Shown here one piece after another: positions 17,263 through 25,300 of a stretch of DNA of 34,824 nt. The notes beneath the pieces were generated by a model. It did no database searches and was not told where the DNA came from. It saw nothing but the letters and a program-made list of their open reading frames with translations. Source of the stretch: Chthonomonadales bacterium (GTDB lineage Bacteria > Armatimonadota > Chthonomonadetes > Chthonomonadales > CAJBBX01); contig JBMFSQ010000033.1 of the NCBI GenBank assembly GCA_049967475.1, forward strand, positions 1 to 34,824, read 5' to 3'. The translations under genes were made by a program, and so were the position numbers. How positions within the stretch are numbered: the first letter of the stretch is position 1; every line of letters starts with the position of its first letter.

Positions 17263-18030
17263 TTACCAGAAGTCCGGGGGCAAATTGTTGGAGTATCGGT
17301 CTCGATCGCGCCGGCGGCGGAGGAGCCCGCGGCCGCCCATCAGCGTTACCAGAAGAATGCCCCCAACAAAGCCGCCGATATGGGCGAAGTAGGCTACACC
17401 GCCGCCGGTGAGGAGTTCTCCGCCGCCCAGCATATTCGCATTAAGGAACTGGATAAGGGCCCAGAAACCGATAACCAAAATCGCCGGAACCTCCATGAGT
17501 GCCCCGATGAAGAAGATGGGCACGATGCTGAGGATGGAGGCATTGGGGAAGAGCACCAGGTAGGCGCCCATCACCCCGGCGATTGCCCCGCTGGCTCCTA
17601 TAACCGGCACCGTGGAGGCCGGATCGGTGTAGATTTGTGCAGCGGCAGCCAGGAAGCCGCAGGAGAAGTAGAAGAAGAGAAAGCGCAGCCGCCCCAGAGT
17701 GTCTTCGACGTTATTGCCGAAGATCCACAGGTAGAGCATGTTTCCGCCGATGTGAAGCCAGTTGGCGTGCAGGAACATAGAAGTGAAGATGGTAGGCCAA
17801 TAGGCAGTGAGATCCTGCGTGACATGTGCGGGCACCATGGCATACTGCGCCGAAAGGCCGCCAATGAAGCGATGAGACACGAGCACGTAGCCGAAGGGAG
17901 TGGGCTGTTCCACGCGCACATATCCGCCGCTCACACGGTCCAACACAAAGAAGGCCACGTTGGCGAGGATGATGGACACCGTGAGGAGTGGGAAGCGCCG
18001 GGTAGGAATGTTGTCTCTCAGCGGGATCAT
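17263..18030 (-). CDS. Rhomboid-family intramembrane serine protease
   Basis: MIPLRDNIP, TSMFLHANWLHIGGNMLYLWIFGNNVED, GASGA (catalytic Ser), AYFAHIGGF (catalytic His). Confidence 0.96.
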   Translation of the reverse strand: MIPLRDNIPTRRFPLLTVSIILANVAFFVLDRVSGGYVRVEQPTPFGYVLVSHRFIGGLSAQYAMVPAHVTQDLTAYWPTIFTSMFLHANWLHIGGNMLYLWIFGNNVEDTLGRLRFLFFYFSCGFLAAAAQIYTDPASTVPVIGASGAIAGVMGAYLVLFPNASILSIVPIFFIGALMEVPAILVIGFWALIQFLNANMLGGGELLTGGGVAYFAHIGGFVGGILLVTLMGGRGLLRRRRDRDRYSNNLPPDFW

Positions 18031-18049
18031 GGGCGGCTACCAGGGTCCG

Positions 18050-18078
18050 ATTCTGACACAAGATGGAAGCAGGGTCAA
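18050..18078 (-). promoter_or_regulatory. Putative sigma70 promoter for the rhomboid-DUF5693-csaB run
   Basis: Minus strand TTGACC, 17-nt spacer, TGt-CAGAAT (extended -10). Confidence 0.5.
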
Positions 18079-18168
18079 CGGAGCAGCCGAACACAGGAAG
18101 ACTGCCTGGAATGTGCGCCGCCCCATGGAGGCAGCCCAGACGCACAGATGGGTATGCGGTGGGAAGTT

Positions 18169-18242
18169 TGGAGCGGGAGACGGGAATCGAACCCGCGTAT
18201 CCTGCTTGGAAGGCAGGGGCTTTACCACTAAGCTACTCCCGC
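18169..18242 (-). tRNA. tRNA-Gly (anticodon TCC), 74 nt with encoded CCA
   Basis: Reverse complement GCGGGAGTAGCTTAGTGGTAAAGCCCCTGCCTTCCAAGCAGGATACGCGGGTTCGATTCCCGTCTCCCGCTCCA: acceptor stem GCGGGAG/CTCCCGC, anticodon arm CCTGC-CTTCCAA-GCAGG, T-loop GTTCGATT. Confidence 0.97.
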
Positions 18243-18324
18243 CCGATGTGGAACCCTACGAACGCCGAGAATGGTTGGGCCTCCGCGTTTTGAACACGGG
18301 CAATCCCCCTTAAGCCGGCACATG

Positions 18325-18354
18325 ATTTTACCACAATGCCGCAGAAGCAGGCAA
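18325..18354 (-). promoter_or_regulatory. Sigma70 promoter for tRNA-Gly
   Basis: Minus strand TTGCCT, 18-nt spacer, TGg-TAAAAT (extended -10). Confidence 0.65.
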
Positions 18355-18371
18355 CGCACGAAATTGCCGCA

Positions 18372-19028
18372 TCACAGGCGGATGTTCCACGTGGCCACCA
18401 CGTACGCGTGGGCGCTGTGAGTTCCGTCGTTGGAAAGATACACGGCCGGGTTTACAGAAAACGCGGGAGTGGCGTACCAGGTAAAACCGATGGTTGTGAA
18501 GTTCCCTGCCCCTCCTTGGTGATCCAATTGGCCGGCCAGGCGAGGGCTCACCTGCCACAAGACGCCTGCCAACACTTGGACGGATCCCCGGTTCTGCAGA
18601 ACGCCGCAGATGCACGTCCCCCACTTGAGCGCGTATCCCCCTTCAACAAACGGCTGCGCGGACCCCTTGCCGATGCCAATCCCCAGCGATCCGGCCGAAA
18701 GCGTCCAGGAACCCTTCTGCAGCAGCGCTCCCTCCACTGCAAGCGAAGTCTCGCCGGGCTGAAGTCCCTGAAACGCCGCAGCCTCGAGCCCCCGCACAAG
18801 GCCGATCTCATACTGGATCTGGAGCGGATTACCGATGGCGCGTTCCTGCCACTGAAGGGACAGTGAGAGGAGACCGGCAGGCTGAATGTCCGGGGTAACG
18901 ATCTGATTGAGGCCCTTAGTGGTTGCAGATGCTTGCATGCCCATCGCCAGCCAAAGCACTGCTGCAGCGAACGCTCGCACCACACACTGCAGGCACGCGT
19001 TCCGTGAGCCCGTCGCAGCGCCTGTCAT
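18372..19028 (-). CDS. Hypothetical secreted protein, probable small outer-membrane beta-barrel
   Basis: Signal peptide ending ASA|TT; alternating hydrophobic strands (LQIQYEIGL, FVEGGYAL, TIGFTWYA, YVVATWNIRL); ATGA overlap with the upstream gene. Confidence 0.65.
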   Translation of the reverse strand: MTGAATGSRNACLQCVVRAFAAAVLWLAMGMQASATTKGLNQIVTPDIQPAGLLSLSLQWQERAIGNPLQIQYEIGLVRGLEAAAFQGLQPGETSLAVEGALLQKGSWTLSAGSLGIGIGKGSAQPFVEGGYALKWGTCICGVLQNRGSVQVLAGVLWQVSPRLAGQLDHQGGAGNFTTIGFTWYATPAFSVNPAVYLSNDGTHSAHAYVVATWNIRL

Positions 19029-22000
19029 TGGCCGGCGGCTCCCGGCACTACGTACAACCAGCGCCCGGAATGGTTCCCGGCAATCGTGATGTGGAGCATG
19101 CCGTCAACGATTTCGGAGGGCACAATATCGCCTTTGGAGCCAGGCTTCGGCCCTTCCGCATAAACATGGACCTCCCGTGGCAGCCCAACCGCGGGGATGC
19201 GAAGGGTCCCTGAGCCGTAAGCTACCGCTCTGAGGACTGCGCCGCCCGCAACCCGGCATTCCGGCGGAATGGGAGCCCAGGCAGCGGCAGATAACTGGCC
19301 TTCGGCGAATACAGTGTCCCGGCCATCCACCACGATATGATGAGCGCCCGACCCGCTGAAAGCAATCAAACTGCCTCCGGGGTCCACACGAAAGGCGACA
19401 GCCTCGTCCCCTTCATAGGTAACCGTGTGCCCGTTCACCCGAAAGTCCTTCAAGATGATATGCTCGCTTGGCAGGTTCAGGCGTTTCACGATCTCTTCGT
19501 CTTGCTTTCGGTTCCGTGCGAAACCTCCCGGCCAGCCCTCTTCCACACTGCGGAAATGGCGGGCGATAGCTATCGCACCGTTAGGGAAACGGCAGCAAAG
19601 ATACTCTGTTGTGCGCGAGAGGTAATCCGGGTTATCGTTGATGCCGGGGAATACTCCGGTGCCCTTGTAAGCCCCCAGAGACGCCAAAACTTGGAACCAC
19701 GTGCGGGTTTCGTATCCCAAACTGCGGCTCTGGTCATCACGGGGGCGAAAACCCAGAAAGACGGCTTGTCCCCTGCCTCCAACCGCATGCAGGGTACCCA
19801 CCACGTCCTTCCCGACCATGGCTACGGCGGCAACGGGCCCCTCAGGCGACACCGGATAAATGCGATCCACTACGAAGTCCGTAAGGATCACCTGCTCCGG
19901 AACCGATGCCAAGGAACCCAAGAAGTGCACTTGCTTGCCGGGCGCCCGGAGGCCGCCCTCGGGCAGAGGCTGATATCGAACTCCGAAAAGTTTCTCCCAT
20001 TCCGGCAGGATGGCATCTCCCTCCCACGACAGTAAAGGCGGCGGGCCGGACCATACTACGGTGCCGCCGCTTTCGGCCAGTTCGCGCATCATCTGCAGAA
20101 GGCGGTGTGACGGGAACGGTTCGAAGAGGGCAGCCAAAGTTGTGAAGCGCCGTCCGGCCAGTTCGATGGCGCCGTTGCGCACGACGCCGCGCTCCAGGAG
20201 CTTTTCTTGGGTTATATAGTTGGTGTAACCGTACTGTGTCATCCAGCTACCGAAGCGTTCCTCTACGGCGGTGAGATCGAGGGGATAGAGCATCAGGACG
20301 GTCGTATCCCTATGTTCCATGCCCTCGACCATTCCGTACAGCGGCGAACCGGCATCCCCATACGCATTCACCAGAGCCATGCGGCGGCGGCTCACCTCGT
20401 CGGGCATTCCCCAGTGGGCGGCGTATGAGAGTGGAACCTCGTTGAGGATGCCTGTAGAGCACGCCAGAGCGAGGGCGAAGTAGTCTCGATCCGCATATCC
20501 TCCTTCGGCATGGTCATTCCCGTTTCCGGTGAGAAAATCGCCCCACTTGAAATAGTCGTAGCACGCCGACGCCGCCTGGTGCACAGTGTTGGACCAAACG
20601 AAGTTGCTGGTGTATTCATAGGCGCTCCGGAACATGGGCTGGCTGCCCGTGCGCCAGTAGTCTATCGTAGGGCTCTCGGCCCATGTAGCGTGGGCGCGGG
20701 CTTCCAAGCGGTGCCCCATCACGCGTTCGGCATAGTGCTTGGCTTGGGTAAACAGATCCACAACGCCGTTCTGAAGCAGGTGATAATACCGCGCCCTAAA
20801 GAGGGCCGTGCGCTGGATCTCCTGGGGAGTAGCGCCAAAGACGTCAGACGCGCCTTCGCGGGCTGAAAGATCGTTGGCCCAATCCTCCTGTCCATAGCAG
20901 AAGTAGACCAGGTATTTGGCGAAGTCTCGGTATTCTTCTCCGTATCTGCGGGCATACTCCTGGGCCAGTCCCGGGCTCACGTACCGAAGCGCGAACTCCC
21001 CGTGGTCGTGGTGGTGGAAATAGTCCCAATCCTGTTGAATGTGCATCTCGTCGGAGTACAAAGCGTTGAGCTTCACTCCGGCTGCGGCGTACTTATCTAT
21101 GAGGGACTTCAAAAAGGGCAGCGCCTTGTCACTGAAGTAATCCATCTCGGGAGTCCGGTATTGCTGAACTACGAGCACACGATCCAGCGGCCCGATATCC
21201 GCGCGGCCCTTGCCGTGCACGCGGATGCGCTCCGCCTGGATGCTGCCGATGGTGGGCCCCAGGCGCTCCACGCGGGCCGTGTCGGTAATCTCCACGATGC
21301 TTTCAGGCTTCACTACGCGGTAGGTGGTTCCCGGGACAGGTTCTTCATGGAAGGCGAAGACGCGCACGCCGGCATCTTTCACGACGATGGGGCCTTTGTT
21401 GTTGGTCCATCGGTGCTGTCGCCAGAGTTCCACGCTATAGGCGCCCGTCTGCGGGTTTCGCACGCCTTTACGGTAATGCATCCAGACGCCGCTCTCGCCC
21501 GTCTGGCGGGTATACCCTGGTCCGATCTCCAGAGGGCTCAGGAGGCTCAGCTCCAGCCCCAGCCCGTACTGGGCAGCGAAGCGGCTGATGCGGGCGATGA
21601 GGCGCACGTAAGCATCCATATCTGGAGTGAGTTTGCGCGGGCCGCTTTGACCGGGCCGGTACTGGGTGAAGAACTGATCGAAGGCCAAAATGAGGGTTCT
21701 CTGGCCTGAAGCCTGGGCGCGCTCACAGATTTGGCGGAGGGTCGCCTCGCGCTTCTCGAATGTGAGGCTGAGGTTCAGCTTGCGGTCCGGATCCGCCAGC
21801 GCTTCCAGTTCGCGATCGCTCACCAGAATAATGGCCGATTTGCCAATTTGAAACGACCACGGTCCTGGAAAGGCCACCAGATCCCCTTTGTAGACATCTT
21901 CCGGAGCCCTTCCGTTTTCGAGAGGACCGCGGAGTGTGTCCGTGCTTTGTCCCATTGCCAGAGCCTCCCCTGGTGCCCACGTCCACGCCCAAAGCGCGGC

Positions 22001-22030
22001 GGCGAGAGCAATCATCCTGCGTGTCGTCAT
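19025..22030 (-). CDS. Large secreted hypothetical protein (~1001 aa), probable glycoside hydrolase (TIM barrel plus GATase-like accessory domain)
   Basis: RBS AGGGAG, ATG 22030, signal peptide ending ALA; MDYFSDKA..FLKSLIDKY..NALYSDEMH resembles GH106/GH42-like barrels; MLYP...ELAESGGTVVWSGPPP resembles a trimerisation-type domain; function is inferred. Confidence 0.6.
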   Translation of the reverse strand: MTTRRMIALAAALWAWTWAPGEALAMGQSTDTLRGPLENGRAPEDVYKGDLVAFPGPWSFQIGKSAIILVSDRELEALADPDRKLNLSLTFEKREATLRQICERAQASGQRTLILAFDQFFTQYRPGQSGPRKLTPDMDAYVRLIARISRFAAQYGLGLELSLLSPLEIGPGYTRQTGESGVWMHYRKGVRNPQTGAYSVELWRQHRWTNNKGPIVVKDAGVRVFAFHEEPVPGTTYRVVKPESIVEITDTARVERLGPTIGSIQAERIRVHGKGRADIGPLDRVLVVQQYRTPEMDYFSDKALPFLKSLIDKYAAAGVKLNALYSDEMHIQQDWDYFHHHDHGEFALRYVSPGLAQEYARRYGEEYRDFAKYLVYFCYGQEDWANDLSAREGASDVFGATPQEIQRTALFRARYYHLLQNGVVDLFTQAKHYAERVMGHRLEARAHATWAESPTIDYWRTGSQPMFRSAYEYTSNFVWSNTVHQAASACYDYFKWGDFLTGNGNDHAEGGYADRDYFALALACSTGILNEVPLSYAAHWGMPDEVSRRRMALVNAYGDAGSPLYGMVEGMEHRDTTVLMLYPLDLTAVEERFGSWMTQYGYTNYITQEKLLERGVVRNGAIELAGRRFTTLAALFEPFPSHRLLQMMRELAESGGTVVWSGPPPLLSWEGDAILPEWEKLFGVRYQPLPEGGLRAPGKQVHFLGSLASVPEQVILTDFVVDRIYPVSPEGPVAAVAMVGKDVVGTLHAVGGRGQAVFLGFRPRDDQSRSLGYETRTWFQVLASLGAYKGTGVFPGINDNPDYLSRTTEYLCCRFPNGAIAIARHFRSVEEGWPGGFARNRKQDEEIVKRLNLPSEHIILKDFRVNGHTVTYEGDEAVAFRVDPGGSLIAFSGSGAHHIVVDGRDTVFAEGQLSAAAWAPIPPECRVAGGAVLRAVAYGSGTLRIPAVGLPREVHVYAEGPKPGSKGDIVPSEIVDGMLHITIAGNHSGRWLYVVPGAAGQ

Positions 22031-22305
22031 TCCGATCTCCCTGGAGCATACAGGCCGCCGGAATTTCCCGGCAGCACGTACTGCCTGCATGGGAATTGTG
22101 CCCGCTGTGCGCGAAATCCTCCATTCCGCACAAGGGGTTCGGAGAGAGGGATCCAGGATTTGAGCGGCTGCACGGATTCTCGGCGTTATGGGGAGGATTA
22201 GTGGGAGGTGCCGCCCGCGGCGGTGAAGAACGCCTGCTTTGGGATATCCATGCAGGATCCGTCGGAGAGATGTACAACCTGCTGCCGCATTCCGAGGCAA
22301 AGCGG

Positions 22306-22333
22306 CGTCGGAGGCGGCGAGCCGCCTCCGACG
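22306..22333 (-). terminator. Perfect GC-rich palindrome just after the alpha-2-macroglobulin stop
   Basis: CGTCGGAGGCGGC-GA-GCCGCCTCCGACG, 11 nt from the stop at 22345; only a short TTT follows on the minus strand. Confidence 0.6.
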
Positions 22334-22344
22334 GGACCTCAATC

Positions 22345-25300
22345 CTACTTGCGCACCACCAACATCTGCGGGGGTGACACGGATGCCTCCTCCGGGTTGT
22401 AGTATGGGTACGCCTTGCTCAAGGGGGTCTTCGCCCGGATTGGATACTTCGCCTTTACTGCGTAATGCAGCTCCAGCGTCGCACCGGGATCCAGCTTCTC
22501 AAGGTATACGATGATCTGCCGCTGGGCCAGGGTGTACTTGTTGATGGTCTTTTGCCTCACGGCAGTCTCCAGGTCCTCTACAAGCACATCGAAGCCTGGA
22601 GGGACACCCAGGTCAATCAAGGGCATTTCGGCGATGCGGTTGGTATTGTTGTGCACGCGCACCGTTACCCTCGCGGTGTCATCCTGCGCCAGCGTCGTTT
22701 TGTCGTAAGCCACCTCGATGGAGAGCGGGCCCTTCCCCTCCGGCCGTTCCGCACTATCCTTCCACGGGATGTAGTAGCGTGAGGCAATCTGGTAGAGGAG
22801 GGATCCTTCTCCTTCAAAGGCCAGTTCGATCTCGTTGCGGTCGCCCTTCATCTGATCCTTCAGATCAATCTGGCGCATGACGTCGTTATTCTCCGGCGTA
22901 ATCTGGAAGGACGTTACCTTCACGCCGTTGGCCCACACCGTGACGGTACCCTTGACGCCTCCTGCGCCTTGAGTGCTGGCATAGAGCAGCGCCTTCATGG
23001 CCCAGACGGTTCCCTGAGTTGTGGACCACGTTCCGAAGCTGTCCTTGGATTGCACGAGGTAGGTAAGCACCTTGTTGACGAAGCCGGCGTTGCGGCCCCA
23101 TTTGGCCAAACCGTAGGCGGCCAGACCCGTGGTCTCCATATCGGCACTGGCCCGGGTGGCTCCGGTGAAGGTACGTTCCTCGCCTTCCCACCAGGCCGTC
23201 TTTTCCGTTTGCTTGGCCATGCCGATGAGCTGCTGCGCCACTCCATCAGTGAAGGCGCTGTCCCGCTCCGTCTTGGTGAGCAGGTTCAGGATGAGGGCCA
23301 GGGTGTAGGCGTCTTTGGCTTCTCCCCGGTTCGTCTTCACGTACTCCACTGCCTTGGCGACTTCCGGGCCTTTGTATCCGCTTTCGGCCAGGGCCCAGGC
23401 GATATAGGCCGCCGAGCGGAGTGCGTTCGTCTGTCGGTTGATGATGCCCTCGGCGATGCCGCCCTGGTCTGGAGGCCACGTGCCGTCGGGCTTCTGGCGG
23501 CCTGCAAGCCACCGCTGCGTTCGGCTGATGAGGGCCGGATCCACATCGTGCACGCGCGCCATGTCGCTGAATTCCAGGAGGCCGTACGCGGTGAGGATCT
23601 GGTTGGCTGGAGCCTCGCCGAACCACGAGAAGCCTCCGCCCTTTACCTCGAACGTTACCAGCCGCTGATACCCTATGTTGATGAAGCCCTCTGCCTTCAT
23701 TTGGAGTTCGGGATTGATGCGCTTAGTGGCCTTGAGATAGTCCGTAACCAAAACGTTGGGGTAGGTTACAGAACTCGTCTGCTCGAAACACCCGAAGGGC
23801 ATTCGGAGAAGGCCATCCAACCCTTCCACTACCTGGCTGAAGGGCCCCGGATAGAGCTTCACCCACAACCCACTGGCTCCGGCGATGGCGTTGGCCGGGA
23901 AGACTACCGTCTTGCGAACCTTACCCTCGAGCCGGTCGTTCACAGCGGAGCGCATTTCCTTGCCGTCCGGCGTCACCTCGATGGAGCGCAGGACGGCATC
24001 GGAGAGGCGGCTGCCTCGGGCGGTCACTTTGAGGGTATGCCGTCCTAGGGCCACCACGGTGATGGGAAAGTGGATCACGCGCACTTCATTCTTGGCGATG
24101 TGCAGCGTTCTGCGCGCCTCGCCCTCCAATCGGAACCATGGCTGCTCTTCAAGCGTCAGCGTCACGTCTTGTTCGCTCGGGAGATAGTTGTATACGGCGA
24201 CGGGTATCTCGACCCGGTCGTTCTGGGTGAGAGACACGGGCAAATCCAGGTCTACGAAGAAGTCCTGGAACACCTTGAGGGGCGCCGTTGCGCTCCCGAG
24301 CTGCCCAAGAGCGCTGTTGGCGAGCATACTCATCCGCCACGTGGTAATGCTGTCGGCTACGGGTACGCGAACTTCGGCCCGGCCGCGCTCATCGGTGATG
24401 ATGGCCGGGTTCCAGTACATCGTTTCGGGGAAGTATTGGCGCACGCGAGGCTCAGGTGCAGGCGCAGCGCCGGGAGCTCCGTTGGCAAGGGCGGGAGCCG
24501 CCCCCATTGCGCCGCGGAATTCGGCACCAGCGGCCATTGCCTTCATCAACATGGGGCCGGGCACCCCTTCTTCCGCCAGAAACCGCCCGCCGAAGCCGCC
24601 CCTTGCGCGATCAAGCAATACGGCGCGGCTCACATAGGGAGACCACGTTATGTCGTCAGCGGTCCCGAAGCGCCCGTCCGGACCCGCGGTCGTAATCTCG
24701 AACCAGCTATCGAAATCACCGCGGCCATGAAGCGTGATGCGGTACGGATAATTCCACGGATCCCGGGTGTCGCGCTCGGTCAGGTACCCACGATCCACCA
24801 GCGTTTGGATGCCTTGGCGCTCTGTGAGGGGCGCGCCGGTATCCGCACGGAACTTCTGGGCAGCGTTGCGGATGCGCTGGTAGGCCTTCGCCATCACCTC
24901 TTCCACGCGCGAGCGTACCGCGTCCCACCGCTGCTGGTATGTGTCTATGCGGTAATCGAACTCGGGCCCGGCCGGTAGAGATGCCAGAAGTAGGGCTGCC
25001 GCCCGCTGGCGCTCCGCTTCGGTGGCTCCTTGTTCGCGCGGATGCAGAACCAAGTCGGTGGGTTTGAGACCGTGGATCTCGTACCGAGGCTCCATGAGTT
25101 CCCGCTCCAGAGTGAAGTACACCTTTTCGAGCCCAGGTTGAAGCTCCGACAGCGCAAACACCGACTCATCCACCACTGCCAGCCCAATAGCCGCCTGGAC
25201 CGGCTGGTTGGCCGGATCCGTAACGGCAAACTGGAGCAGAGCCTCCGCTCCGGGGCGGTATTCTGGCTTGTCCGTGACGACGCGGATTTTGAGGTCCTCC

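Noticed and set aside
15796..18231. Long + strand ORFs (393 aa and 365 aa) opposite DUF5693, rhomboid and tRNA
   Set aside because: Antisense shadows; one runs through the tRNA
18169..18242. tRNA-Gly as an island integration site
   Set aside because: No integrase and no duplicated tRNA 3' end seen; downstream genes look like core envelope genes
22031..22305. Cobalamin or c-di-GMP riboswitch upstream of the glycosidase-like gene
   Set aside because: Consensus elements could not be found in the correct order and orientation by eye
22031..22342. 104-aa N-terminal extension of the large glycosidase-like ORF
   Set aside because: Non-protein-like Arg/Pro-rich sequence that crosses the palindrome; RBS and signal peptide indicate a start at 22030
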